A stretch of DNA of 63,498 nucleotides, filler included, from Chiloscyllium plagiosum (taxonomy: Eukaryota), in NCBI RefSeq assembly GCF_004010195.1. It is 4 parts of one record of this genome, joined end to end, with 100 filler letters (N's around TTAATTAATTAA, not from the genome) between each part and the next. Parts side by side here need not be neighbours in the genome. Positions count along the whole stretch, not along the records: positions 17,721 to 32,533 come from NC_057710.1; positions 32,634 to 53,887 come from NC_057710.1; 2 more parts are not named here. One strand, written 5' to 3'. The notes under the pieces were generated by a model, which searched no databases, was not told the DNA's origin, and saw only the letters and a list, made by a program, of their open reading frames with translations. Both the position numbers and the translations under genes were made by a program. Shown here one piece after another: positions 25,000 through 38,213 of this stretch (positions within the stretch are counted from its first letter, which is position 1; each line of letters opens with the position of its first letter).

Positions 25000-25895
25000 G
25001 TCAATCGCTTATTTTGAATGTATCCATGATTTGGAGTTGGAAATCAAATGTGACATTACAAATTTTGTGGGTAATATAAAGCTGAGCAGGGAGGATATTG
25101 CAAAGAAGATATAGAGTGGCTTTAGGAGGAGTTGAACAGGCTTAGTGAATTGGCAAGAATATTGCAGATGAAATGTAACGTGGTGAAGCATGTGGTTTTC
25201 CACTGTGCGAAGGTGTTCTTGTCGACAACTCACTGAAGGCTGATGTGCAGGTGCAGCAAGATAGTAGGAATGTTGGCCTTCATTACAAGAGGATTTGAGT
25301 ACAAGAGCAGTGAAAGCTTGCTTCAGTTGTACTGTTTTTGATCTCTTTTCTCAGGAAAGGGATTATTAAAGAGAGTGCAATGAAGGTTCACCAAACATGT
25401 TCCTGAGATGACAGGACTGTCTGATGAAGAGACATTGGGCTAACTGGGCTTGTATGCCAAGATTGAGAGGTGATCTCATTGGAACTTACAAAATACTTAA
25501 AGGGATAAACAGGGCAGATGCAGATAAAACATTTCACCTGTTTGGAAATTCTAGAAGCTAAGGGGGATGTCACTTCAATCTGAGATGAGGAGAATTTTTG
25601 TTTTACTCAGAGGGTTGTGAGCATTTGGAATTTTGTACCACAGGGGTTTGGAACCTCAGTCTTTGAGCACTTTTAAATTTGAAAATCACAAAACACCAGT
25701 TTATAGTCCAACGGGTTTAATTGGAAGCACACTAGTTTTCGGAGTGCCGCTCCTTCATCAGGTGGTTTTAAATTTGAGAATCTAGATTTCCAATGGGCTA
25801 CATGATTATGAGGATGGAATGGAGAAAAGGCATTGATCAGCCATGATCACAGTAAATCTGGTTGAGTGGTCTACTCCTATTCTCATGTTCCTGCA
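25000..25895 (+). mobile_element. Old CR1 3' portion containing a family-2 Penelope insert (25683-25765, TSD ttttaaatttga)
   Basis: CR1 motifs aggatttgagtacaagagcagtgaa and tttactcagagggttgtgagcatttggaatt. TSD at 25671-25682 and 25766-25777. Confidence 0.75.
25730..25764 (-). ncRNA. Minimal hammerhead motif (family 2)
   Basis: Minus strand cac-CTGATGA-a-GGAG-cggca-CTCC-GAAA-a-CTA-gtg, with stem I cac/gtg. Sister elements at about 1224-1338 and 5190-5272 retain AAGCTT at stem III. Confidence 0.6.
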
Positions 25896-26054
25896 AAGTC
25901 ATATGCAAATAAACAGGTGTTAATAAGTTCATATATGCTTTTAAGTCATTGTGCATGCCAAAGAGATCAGAAAAATAAAGATTATCTTTTAAAAGTCACT
26001 TTTGTGACAAAGGTTGTCACGGAATGGTATTTTGTCATTTGAAAACTTTGGGTT

Positions 26055-26350
26055 CTAGCACAATAGCTTAGTGGTCAGCACTACTGTCTTACAGCAATGC
26101 CAGCCAGGATGACTGTGTGGAGTTTGCATGTTCTCCCCATGTCTGCGTAGGTTTCCACTGGGTGTCCTGGTTTCCACCCATAGGTAAAAGATCTGCAGGT
26201 TAAGTGAATTGGCCATGCTAAATTGCCCTGTAGTGCCCAGGAATGTGCAGGTTAAGTGGAGTAGCCATGGTAAATGCAGGTTTATGGGGATAGTGTTGAG
26301 AGGATCAGTGCAGACTTGGTGGGCCAAATGGTCTCTATCTTCACCATGGA
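26055..26350 (+). mobile_element. HE1 SINE
   Basis: tagcttagtggtcagcactactgtcttacag...tgtgtggagtttgcatgttctcccc...gtgaattggccatgctaaattgccc. Confidence 0.85.
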
Positions 26351-26748
26351 GAACCTAAGTGGAACAGAACCACTAAAAGTTGATTTGAATTTCAGTGTTG
26401 TGTGCATTAAGGGGCAGGGCATAGCAATAGATTGAGAAAGGGGGAGGTCTAAAGAGACCTGAGTTCTTCATAGAGCAGTTGCTGACGGTAAGTGTGTAGG
26501 CACAGCAGAAAGCAAATGATATGTTGACCTTCATAGCTAGGGACGTTAAAGTGGAAATAGAATGATCTTGAGATTTCAATACTTGAGGTTATTATTAAGA
26601 GAAAAGGAGTTACTTTTTTATATAATACCAAAATAAAGGCCAAGTAGTTATTTATGATTTAAAATAGTTTTTTTCCTTTCATGTGCAATAAGTTTTAGTG
26701 TCCTTTTGTTCAAAGTACTTTATAGACCTCTTTTGGATATCTTCAGTG

Positions 26749-26957
26749 TGGTGCTGGAAAAGCACAGCTGGTCAGGCATTATCCAAGGAGCAGGGAAAAC
26801 AATGTTTCGAGCATAAAGTTCTTCAGCATTCCTCATGAAGGGGCTTATGCTTGAAATATCAATTCTCCTGCTTCTCAGGTGCTGCCTGACCAGCTGTGTT
26901 TTTCCAGCACCACACACTCAACTCTGATCCCCAACATCTGCAGCCCTCACTTTCTCC
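26749..26957. mobile_element. Fold-back Penelope-derived insert with 15-bp TSD (1 mismatch)
   Basis: tggatat(c/g)ttcagtg at 26734-26748 and 26958-26972; inverted arms around decayed hammerhead cores. Confidence 0.8.
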
Positions 26958-27428
26958 TGGATATGTTCAGTGATCTGCTACCACAGTAAACAAATTACAA
27001 AAATAATACTTAAGGTCTATCAAACCAAGTTACACTTTGGGATCTGCATTGTCTAGCATGTATTACTATCAGTTGGGATTGTACCAGTTCCATTTTGGTC
27101 AAAAGGAAGTCGGGTTAATAAAGTTTTGTTTGGAATTCTTAAAACTGTGCAAAGGAGTTACTTTTGGTAAATAAACAAATTTTAAAATATCTGCACTTCT
27201 GAAAGTTTCCTCCAGCTACCATCAGTGGCTTACTGGAATAGTCAATGCATTCCTGAGGCACTTTTACGTGTTCATGTCAACTCAAAGTTATACTGCATTA
27301 ACTACAGCATTGCTTGTGGACAATCAACCCAAACTGACAATGAATGACTCGCTGCAAGGATAGTGGATATTCTTTCAGAGTGCATCAATGCAGATTATTT
27401 ATTTATTGAATATGGCTATCACTGACAG

Positions 27429-27525
27429 GATTCTCCTGCTCCTTGGATGCTGCCTGACCTGCTGCACTTTTCCAGCAACACATTTTCAGCTCTGATCTCC
27501 AACATCTGCAGTCCTCACTTTCTCC
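27429..27525 (+). mobile_element. Short family-1 Penelope-derived insert
   Basis: gattctcctgctccttggatgctgcc...gtcctcactttctcc, flanked by ctatcact(g/t)aca at 27416-27427 and 27525-27536. Confidence 0.75.
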
Positions 27526-28099
27526 TATCACTTACAAGGACAGCATTTGTTACCTATTGTTAGTTGCTCTTGAGTTGATGGCTTGCTCGTCCATTTCAGA
27601 GGGAAGTTAAGAGACAACCTCATTGCTGTGAGACTGGATTCACATGCAGGCCAGACAGGTATGGATGGTAGATTTCCTTCCCTAAATGGTATTAGTGGGC
27701 AAGATGAGTTTCTTGGTCACCATTACAGTAGGTAACCTTCAATTCCATTTTAAATTAATTGAATGTCAATTCCACCAGCAGTTGAGATTTGATTTGAACC
27801 CTTATTCCCTTATTCTCAGAGTATTCTCCTGGTCTTCTGCTTTACTAATCCAGTGATATTATTTCTATCTCCTGTGTGCAAATGTCAGTAGTTACAGTGT
27901 TCAATAGCATGTCAGTGTTCACCAATATTGGGACGACAAAATCTGGGCTGCTTTTATTTCTAATTGTAGAGCAATCAGAAGGTGTCACTCTTCTCCAGAA
28001 AGTTGTTGATAAAACTGCAAAAATAAAAAAAAAACATGTTTAAATGCCTGTTCCAAACACACTAATTACCTATAAAACTACCTGCTTCTAGTTGGAGCA

Positions 28100-28790
28100 G
28101 GTATAGTGGAGGTGTAGTGGACAGCGAAGAGGGTAACCAGGATCTTGACCACATGGGCTGAGAAGTGGCAGATGGAGTTTAATTCAGATAAATATGAGGT
28201 GCTGCATTTTGGGAGCGGCTGTACAGGACATTGTTTAGGCCACTGTTGGAATATTGCGTGCAATTCTGGTCTCCTTCGTATCGGAAAGATGTTGTTAAAC
28301 TTGAAAGTGTTCAGAAAAGATTTACAAGGATGTTGCCAGGGTTGGAGGATTTGAGCTATAGGGAGAGGCTGAACAGACAGGGGCTGCTTTCCCTGGACCG
28401 TCGGAGGCTGACAGGTGACCTTATAGAAGTTTACAAAATTATGAGGGGCATGGATAGGGTAAATAGGCAAAGTCTTTTCCCTGGGGTCGCGGAGTCCAGA
28501 ACTAGAGGGCATTGATTTAGGGTGAGATGGGAAAGATATAAAAGAGACCTAAGGGGCAACTATTTCACACAGAGGGCGGTGTGTATATGGAATGAGCTGC
28601 CAGAGGATGTGGTAGAGGCTGGTACAATTGCAACATTTAAGAGGCATTTGGATGGGTATATGAATAGGAAGGGTTTGGAGGGATATGGGCCGGGTGCTGG
28701 CAGGTGGGACTAAATTGGGTTGGGATATCTGGTCGGCATGGACGGGTTGGACCGAAGGGTCAGTTTCCATGTGGACATCTCTATGACTCG
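28100..28790 (+). mobile_element. CR1 (HER1-like) 3' end with internal deletions
   Basis: RPLLEYCVQFWSPSYRKDVVKLESVQKRFTRMLPGLEDLSYRERL; YFTQRAVCIWNELP. Confidence 0.9.
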
Positions 28791-28824
28791 AGTGAACAAA
28801 TTCCAAAAGATCAGTCAAATATTT

Positions 28825-31800
28825 TCTTTCGGTATTTTTATTGAAAAAAAATTTTTAAAGATTTTTTACAAAATTACAGAAGTAATACAAACAAGTATAA
28901 ACATCAATATAAAATTAAATAAATAAGATATTTTTAAAAATCAAAAAAAAAGAAAGAAAAACCCAACTAACTACTAATCCATCCTACAAACAACCAAAAC
29001 ATAAAATAGAATATCATGCATTACTATCAATAAACAACAAAATAATTAAATAACTAGATACATGCTCAAAATAGGTTTATATCAAGTCATAATAAAACAC
29101 GTATTTATATGGGATACCTCCCCCCCCGGGGGTCCCCGTACCAGCCAGAACCATTACCACAGCCAGACAAAAGCCCTAGACAGTATGGCTGAGAAATGTG
29201 TGTCGATGTAATTCAAAAAGGGCTGCCATGTTTTGTAGAATAATTCCATTTTTTGGTGCACCATATTTGTGAGGAAGTCAAGGAGGATATGTTCCATCGC
29301 TAACCTGTGTCAGTTCGAACGTCCTGGAGGGCCTTCAGCTACCCAATTCACTAAGATATTTTTCCGTGCACAGAAAGAAAGAATGGTAAATAATTTCCTC
29401 CCATTTACATCCAGGGAGGGAAAATCTGAAGAACCCAAAAGCAGGGACACTGGATCGAATCTAATCTCCGTATCCAAGATCTCTGTCAAGGCATTCGCTA
29501 CTCTGTCCCAATACCTACGGATCTTACGGCATATCCATAGACAATGTGTGAGAGTGCCAACTTCTATTTTACATTTAGGACACATTAGGGATGCTGCTGC
29601 CTTGAACTTTGCAAATCGTTCAGGTGCCATATGAGCCCTGTGGAGTATCTTTAATTGAATAGCCTGAATTCTATTACAAATAGAGATCTTTCTGGCATTT
29701 TCCCAGATGTCCTCCCACATTTCTAATGAGACTTCCAACCCTAATTCTTGATTCCGAGTTTTAAATAATCATTCCACGTCCTTAGATACTTTATTATATA
29801 ATGAGTGATGAAGTGTACTAACTGAGGGGGGCCCCATCGGCCATAGCTCTCTCCTTTCCCTATCTGATTTGTAGGGATTAATTATCAATGTGGTCTTCTT
29901 TTGTATATAATCTCGTATTTGGAAGTACCGAAAAAGGTCCCTGTTAGGCTGTCGAAACTTCTGGTGCAACTGCTCAAAGGACATCATAACCTCTCCATCG
30001 AACAGGTCTCCCAAGCAGGAGATACCTCAAGACTTCCAAGTTTTAAACTTTGCATCTGTCACACCTGACTGAAATCCCAGTGTTCCCACTATAGGAGTAT
30101 AAGGGGAGGTTTTTGCAGGTTACCCTCATCTTGTCACATTATCCTCCAGGCTTTAATTGTATTTAATACATTAGGGTTTTTACAGTAGTCCATAATAGCT
30201 CTCATCTTGTCCATAAATAAAAGATTGATGAGGGGACATTTTGCTTGGGAGGTCTCAATATCTAACCAGATTGATTGCGGGTCACAAGAGACCCAATCAG
30301 CTACATAAGATAATAAGGAACTCAACTGATACCTCCTAAAATCTGGAAAGTCCAGTCCTCCCCTTGCTTGTGGGAGCTGCAGCTTTGCTAATTTGATAAG
30401 GGATCGTTTATGATTACAAAAAGGAGCCGAGCCAGCCGTAGAGCTTATATAACACCTGTCTCGGCAGCAATAGGGGGAGCATTCTCATAGGATATAGAAG
30501 ACAAGGTAGAATATTCATCTTAACTAGGGCTACTGTGTCTAACCAGGATATTGGGAGATCTCCCCAGCACTGAAGGTCCTGTCTTATTTTCCCTAATAAG
30601 TGCACGAAATTAGCTTTATACAGCTGACCAAATACTGGGGTGATAAAAATTCCTAGGTACAGAAAACCTTTAAGTGACCACCGAAAGGGAAAGCAAGATC
30701 CGTCCGGTAAATTGAATACACTGGCAAGACTTCCCAACGGCATGGTCTCAGATTTCACAAAATTAATTTTATAGCCTGAAAATATCCCAAATAAATTGAT
30801 CATTTGGATTAGACAGGGCACAGATATCAAAGGATCACTTAAGAAGAGGAGGACATCATCGGCATATAGAGTAATTTTATGTTTGCCTGATCCAACCCGT
30901 TATGTTCGGGTCAGTTCGTATAGCTTCCGCCAGTGGTTCAATCACTAGTGTGAATAATAATGGTGAAACAGGACATCCCTGACGATAACCCCTGCCAACA
31001 CTAAAGCTATCTGAACTTAAACCATTGGTGATCACTGCTGCTTTGTGATCATTATACAATACTGAAACCCATTTAATAAATACCTCTTCGACACCGAACC
31101 TTTCCAGAGTATAAAAAAGATATGGCCATTCTACCTGATGAAATGCCTTCTCTGCATCCAAGGAGACAGCTAAACCCGGTATTGTTCCCTGTTGACAGGC
31201 TTGTATCATATTTAAGACCCTTCTAATATTATTAGTTGACCTGTGGCCCTTTATAAACCCTGTCTGGTCCTCTTTTATGATGTATGGTAAGACCCTCTCC
31301 AATCTTAATGCCAACTATTTAGAAAGAATTTTGAAATCCACATTTAGTAAGGATATGGGTCTATATGATGAGCAATCTTTTGGGGCCTTTCCCTTTTTAA
31401 AAATAAGAGAGATGTTTGCTTCTCTCAACGAAGGTGGGAGGCAGCCCTGACTATGCGAATAATTATATATATTTATGAGAGGCCCGGCCAGTTCCCCGAT
31501 AAATTCTTTATAGAACTCAGCCTGGAATTCATCTGGTCCAGGCGCCTTTGCCACTCTGAAGCTGCCTAACTGCGTCAAGTGCTTCCTGGGTTATCAGAGG
31601 GCATTCAAGATTGACACCTGCTCCGAGGTTAAGCCCAGAAGGGCCAAATTTTTAAAGAAGGATTCCATCTTCTCAGTTCTATCCTCACAGTCTTGCGATT
31701 TATACAGTTCAAAATAGAACTTTCTAAAGGATGTATTGATCTTTTTATGATCTCTAGTCAGGGTACCAGCACTTTTTCTAATGGACGCAATGGCTTGAGG

Positions 31801-32258
31801 ACCCTTTTTCTTTCTAGCAAGGTATGCTAGGTATCTGCCAGGCTTGTCGCCATATGCAAATAATCTCTGCTTTGCGAATAATATTTCCCTCTTTGCTGTT
31901 TGGGTAAGTGCATATTCAAGGCTGCATATTTAAGGGCTGTGATCCTTTGTAGCTTAGTAATGAAAGGCCTGTTAAGATACATTGTCTCAGCTGCCTTCAA
32001 GCGAGGCTTGAGCAGGTGCTGTTGGTCTCTCTTTTGTCTTTTCCGGGTCACAGAATATGAGATGACCAGGCCTCGCACATATGCCTTAGTGGTCTCCCAC
32101 ATCATCGACGGGTTACTGGCCATACCTGAATTAATTTCCCAGAAGGTTTTGAATTCCTACGAAAAATACTTTATAAATTTGCTATTCTTCAAGAAGAAGG
32201 GATCCATACGCCAATGTCGGGGGCCTATACCATCATCCTTAATCTTGACTTCCATATG
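28825..32258 (-). mobile_element. L1-clade LINE, 5'-truncated, disrupted ORF2 with 3' UTR
   Basis: KAPGPDEF, YRPISLLNVDFKILSK, SLDAEKAF, QGCPVSPLLF, LYADDVLLFL (about 30840-30870), C-terminal CPKC...THCLW zinc motif, AATAAA at 28837-28842 (-). Multiple stops and frameshifts. Confidence 0.92.
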
Positions 32259-32533
32259 CCCCCTTGACCATGACCCCACCGCCCACCACCAAACCATCAT
32301 CTCCCAGACCATCCATAACCTCATCACCTCAGGAGATCTCCCACCGCCTCGAACCTCATAGTCCCACAATCCCACACTGCCCGTTTCTACCTCCTGCCCA
32401 AAATCCACAAACCTGACTGCCCCGGCTGACCCATTGTCTCAGCCTGCTCCTGCCCCACCGAACTCATCTCTGCATACCTCGACACGGTCCTGTCCCCCTT
32501 AGTCCAAGAACTCCCCACCTACGTTCGGGACAC
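32259..32533 (+). mobile_element. Penelope RT N-terminal fragment
   Basis: PLDHDPTAHHQTII...ARFYLLPKIHKPDCPG*PIVSACSCPTELISAYLDTVLSPLVQELPTYVRDT; runs into a gap. Confidence 0.88.
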
Positions 32534-32633
32534 NNNNNNNNNNNNNNNNNNNNNNNNNNNNNNNNNNNNNNNNNNNNTTAATTAATTAANNNNNNNNNNN
32601 NNNNNNNNNNNNNNNNNNNNNNNNNNNNNNNNN
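32534..32633. other. Assembly gap with artificial linker
   Basis: 44 N + TTAATTAATTAA + 44 N. Confidence 0.95.
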
Positions 32634-32669
32634 ACTGATAACTAAATCGCTGGGGACCACTGGCGGAGG

Positions 32670-33930
32670 CTGAAATGGATCACCCACTCAGCATTTCTGA
32701 CTGAAGATTGTTGCGAATGCATCAGCTTTATCTTATACATTGAGGTGCTGGGCTTTTCCATCATTGAGGAAGGGGTTATTTGTGGAATCTCTTCCTCCAG
32801 TGAATTGTTTAATTGTCCTCAACGTTTCTCAACTAGATGTGGAAGAATTGCAGAGCTTAGATCTGATCCTTTGCTCGTGGGATCACTTAGCTCTGTCTAT
32901 CACTTACTGCTTATGCCGTTTGGTGCACAAGTAGTCCTGTTTGGTGGCTGCATCAGGATGACACCTCATTTTCAGGTATGCCCAGTGCTGCTCCTGCCAT
33001 CCTGCACATCCATTGAACCAAGGTTGATCCTCTCGATTGATGGTAATTGTTGTGAGGGGGATACGCCAAGCCATGAAGTTGTGTGGGTGTACAATTCTGC
33101 TGCTATTGATGACCCACAGCACCTTATGGACACCCAGATTTGAGCTGCTAGATCTGTTCGAAGTCTGCCCTATTTCGCACCGTGATAGTACCACCCAAAA
33201 TGGTAGAGGTTATTCTCAATGTGAAGGTGTGACTTTGTCTCCACAATGACTATGCGGTGGTCACTCTTACCGATACTGTCATGGACAGATACTTCTGCAA
33301 CTGGCAGATTAGTAAGGCTGTGGTCAAGTAAGTATTTTCCTCTTGTTGGTTCCTTCAACAGCTGCCACAGAACCAGTCTAGCAGTTATATCCTTTAGGAA
33401 CCGGCCAGCTCGATCAGTAATGCTGTAGCTGAGATACTCTTGGAGGTGGACATTGAAGTCCTCCACCCAGGGTACATCTTGCGTAAGTGCTACCCTTAGT
33501 GCTTCCTCCAAGTGTTGGTAAGCATGGAGGAGTACTGCTTTATCAGTTGAAAGAGGCTGTGTAATCAGCAGGATGTTTCCTTTCCCATGTGCAAACTAAT
33601 GCCATGAGACTTCATGGGATACAGAGTCACTGTTGAGGACTCCAAGAGCAATTCCCTTCCAACTGTATCCCAATGTGCCGCCACTTCTGCTGTGTCCGTC
33701 CTGCTGAAGAGACAGGAGATATTCGGGGAAGATGATGGGGAGTCTCGGACATAGTCTGAAATAGATCATCCACTCAGCACTTCTGACTAAAGATTGTTAC
33801 AAATGAATCAGCCTTATCTTATACACTGAAGTGCTGGGCTTTTCCATCATGGAGGCTGGCGTGATTTGTGGAATCTCTTCCTCCAGTGAATTGTTTAATT
33901 GTCCCCAACGTTTCTTGACAAGATGTGGAA
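32670..33930 (-). mobile_element. RTE-X-like LINE endonuclease/tether fragment with a 175-bp duplicated segment
   Basis: WVEDFNVH...EPTRGKYLLDHSLTNLPVAEVSVHDSIGKSDHRIV; EDQPWFN. Confidence 0.7.
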
Positions 33931-33949
33931 TGACTTATACCTTACAGAA

Positions 33950-36900
33950 TTATGCCTTACAGACTGTTGCTTGACGAGTCTGTTTATTTCTATTCACTGT
34001 TTCCTGCCAGCTGTCCGATTCTAGAAAAATGGCCATACATTAGCCCCAATCCACTCAGATTTGATTTTGTAAACCGGGCTTGGGGCTTTACCAAAATTTT
34101 TCTAAAAATCAAAATGTTTTACATTCTTTGCTTCTCTTTCATTTGTCTCCCAGTCTGTTTCTCAAACATAATTCCCATTTCATAAATCTATGTTAGTGTT
34201 GTCTATGACCATTACTTTCAGCCACAATAATTTCTCCTAAACCATTTCCTTACTATGTTCTATGTTCCATGTACTCTATCATTTTCCCACACCAGACTTG
34301 GTTTTCCTTGTATTGTTAGAAAGTTCTGTGAAGACAGAACTGAAGTAGTGGCTTCATAGTTCTGCCATTTCCCTGTTCCCCATTCTCCATTCTCTGGTTT
34401 CAGCCTGTAAGGAAACTGCACTTGTTTTCTCATATTTCTCACATTGACATGATTTAACAAGTTATTACAGTTTCCTCTTATAACCCTTGTGAATATACTC
34501 TTCAGAAACTCATCAATTCCTGCCTTAAACTGCTCAATAATTGACCTTCCACACCATACACTCACAGGAGCATTGATTCTGTGCCAACAGAAGTACAGCA
34601 CGATCTATATTAGCCCCACTTCCCTACAGCAGGCCCGTAGCCTAAAATGTTATTACACTTCCAAATGCTCATCCAAGTACTTTTTAATGATTGTGAGGTT
34701 ACCATTGATAATTCCCCTCTCAGGAAGTAATCCCAGAACACAATACCCTTTAGGTGAAAAAAAGTTTAAATCCTCTCTGAACCTCAAAGTTTTCATTTTA
34801 AAAGTGTACTGGCTTGTTCTTGACCCACTGACTAAAAGGAACAGCGGCTGTCTATCCACCCTGTCCGTGTCGCTCATAATTGTATCCTTCTGATCACGGA
34901 CCTCTCAGCTTTCTCTGCTCCAAAGTAAACAACCCGAGCTTATCCAGCCTCTCTCTATAGCTGATATGCTCCATCCCAGGGAACATCCTGGTGAATCACC
35001 TCTGCACCCTCTCCAGTACAATCACATCCTTCCTGGAATGTGGCTCCCAGCACTACATACAGTACTCCATTTTGGACGAACCAAAGCCCTGTATTGCTCT
35101 TATAATGTACACCCTGATTAGGAAACCCAAGGTTCAATTCTTAACTAGTCCATTAACCTGTCCAGTCACATTCAGGGATGTGTGGAGAAGCACACTCTGA
35201 GGTTCCCAGTGTGCTGCCATTCATTGAGTCCTCCCCTGCCTGGTTCCTTCTCCCAAAGTGCATCACCTCATCTTTATCAGGGTTACATTCTATGTGCCAT
35301 TGATCTGCCCATCTGACCATTCCATCTGCATCTTCCTGTAACTTAAGGCCTTCCTCCTCACTGCGAATCACCCAGCCAATCTTTATGTCAAACATACACT
35401 TACTTATCACAGCTCCCCCAATCTCCATCTAGCCCCCTCCACATTCACACCTTTTTTTTTGAATAACACAAACAATAAGGGACACAGCACTGATCCCTGT
35501 GGTACACCAGGGGATATTGGTCTCCAGCCACACAAGCAGCCTTCTCCCACACCCTCTGTCTCCTGCGACTAAGACAATTTTCGTTGTAATTTGTCAACTT
35601 ATCCATCATATTGTGAGATTTTACATTATTTTTCAGTTTCCCAGGTGGAAATCTTTCCAAAGGCCTTCCTACAAAACTAAACAATCGACCTCCTCAAACT
35701 AATGCAATCAAATACATTGGATGTGACTTCCTTCTGATAAAGTCATGATGATTATCCCTGATCAAACCTTGCGACTCTGATTGGAGTTCAATTTTCTCCT
35801 TCCCTATTTTCTTCAGTAGTTTCACTAACAGTGATCTAATACTCGCTCATTTATAGTTACCTGTCTATCTTTCCCAACCTTACTGTGAAGTGGAATTGTA
35901 TTAGCAGTTCTCGAGTTCTCTGGCACGTCCCCTATGGTCAGATTTTAATTAAAATATTCAGTCAAGGTCTTTCCTCCCTTGACCCCGACAGCCGTCTGTG
36001 ATACAACTCATTCAGACATGGAGATTGGTCCAAATTTATACAGAACAAAGCCTCAAATTCTTTCTCGTATTTTACATCAATCTGTTTAAGAGCTTCCCCA
36101 TCCATCTTCTTGAATTCTGTACCTGCCTCCTCCTTCGCCCAAGTAAAATAGATGTGAAGGTCTCATGTAACAATCCATCAATGTTCTCCAGCTGACACAT
36201 AGATTGCCCCTTTGGTTTCTAATGCACACTAACTGCTGATTATTCTGTTCTACTTGTCCGTGTAGAATATCGTGGGATTCTCCCTGATCTCGCCTACTTG
36301 TACTTCTCCATGTTCCTCTCTTATTCAGTCCCCGCTATGTTTCAAAGATTCACTGCAATCACCTCTCATGTTTTGAAACTCGAGATCACAGGCCTGGTTG
36401 TCCACATCAGACAATCTTGCCATTTTAGGGATTAATCTGGATAATACCTTTTGCAGTTCCTCTGTAGTCAGTACATTCTTTCTTAGATTGGTACTCCGAA
36501 AGATACTCAGTACTCTAAGTGTAGCCTCATGAACACTCGATGCAACTGGTGCACTACATCCTCTATATTCCAATTACATTCACATGAATGTAAACCTAAT
36601 TTTTACTTTCCCATTTGCATATGTTCTTCCCAATACCTCTCACTTTAACTTTTCTTATGAGCTTACTGTGTGAGTTCTTTAAAAAACGCTCATGAATATC
36701 CAACTATACGTTATCCATTGGTTCTTCATTGCCTATGTCCACAAGAATCATCTTCAAACCATTTTAAAACAATGTTTGCCACTTCTGGTTTTCCTTTCAT
36801 CGATACATTACCATACTCCCCAGTTACGTTATTACCTTCTATATACCTAGTAGCATGTTCTTTGTAATCGAGTCCAACAGACACCCGACTGCGGATGACA

Positions 36901-37520
36901 AGTTACTGGTCTGTAGTTCACCACTCTCCATCTTCATCCTTTCTTAAACTATTGGATAATATTTATAACCTTTGCCTTATCCAGATTGGCTAAATGACTT
37001 TCGGGAATGTGTCGGAAAATAAAGTGAAAATCCGCGATGCAATCAATATGTCTATTGCTGCTTTCTCTGAAATTCTTGTATGATGTACATCTAGTCTGTC
37101 AGATTTATAAATACTCAATCCAGCTTTCTTTTCAAAGATGACCTTAACACTGATAGGAATGATCTTAGACTTTACTTACACAAGTCCCATGGTCACTTGG
37201 TATTTCTGGAACAATTTCTTGACATTCTTCCATGAAGATAGACACAAAGAAACTGTTTCTTTTCGCTGCGATTTATCTGTTCTCTGCAATAAATTATCGT
37301 GAACGCACACCCACAGTTACACGTTTGGCCTTGTTTTTATTTTTTTCATACATTGATAGACTATTTTTAGCAGTCTTTATGTTTTTCTTTCGTTTGCACG
37401 CTTTTTCTCTTTTTGATTTTCTTCTCAGTTTCTTGGTCATCCTTTGCTGGGTCCTACATCTCTCTGAATCTACTGGATTACTACAACACTTGGCATTCTT
37501 CTAAGCTGCCTCCTTTGATC
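33950..37520 (-). mobile_element. Nested old CR1 fragments
   Basis: LKLQEDADGMVRWADQWHIECNPDKDEVMHFGRRN; DRVDRQPLF...FREDLNFFS. Confidence 0.7.
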
Positions 37521-37526
37521 TAATAG

Positions 37527-38213
37527 CAAGAAGAAGGTGGAGTTGAAAGTGATAGTCGGAGAGGAGGGTGGACTAGGTTGATAGGAAGGAAGGTGGACAC
37601 ACAGGAATGTTCAAAAGGGTGGTGCTGACTTGGAAGGTTGGAGTGGGATAAGGTGGGATTAGGGGAAATGGGGAAATTGGGAAATCCACTATGATCCCCT
37701 GTGGTTGGAGGGTCCCAAGGCAGAAGATGAGGCTTTCTTCCTCCAGGTTTCTGGTGGCTCGGGTTTGGCGATGGAGCAGGCCCAGGACCCTCATGTCCTT
37801 GTCAGAGTGGGAAGGGGAGTTAAAGTGCTCAGCTACAAGGCGATGGAGATGTTCAATGTGGCTGTCCCAGGGATGTTCTCTGAAATTATCCACAAGTTGA
37901 CCTCCTGCCTCGCCAATGTAGAGAAGACCACATTGGGTTTAATGGATGCAGTAGATGAGGCATTCTGTCTCCCTTCGTCACCTATCACTTTCAACCCCAC
38001 CTTCATCTACCTATCGCATTCCCAACTACCTCCCCCCTGTCGCACCCCCTTCTCATTTATCTCTCAGCCCCCTTGGCCAATAAACTTCATTCCTGATGAT
38101 GGGCTTATGCCCGAAACATCGGTTTATCTGCTCTTAGTATGCTGCCTGACTGTGTTTCCCAGCACCACACTCTTCGACTCTCATCTCCAGCATCTGTAGT
38201 CCCCACTTTCTCC
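37527..38213. mobile_element. Penelope 3' fragment with internal inversion (GIY-YIG end on -, terminal repeat on +)
   Basis: FREHPWD...VAEHFNSPSHSDKDMRVLGLLH...LEEESLIFCLGTLQPQGI on -; orientation switches near 37960. Confidence 0.85.
38089..38123 (+). ncRNA. Hammerhead motif in a Penelope 3' region (CUGAUGA variant)
   Basis: attcCTGATGAtGGGCttatGCCCGAAACATCggt. Confidence 0.6.
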
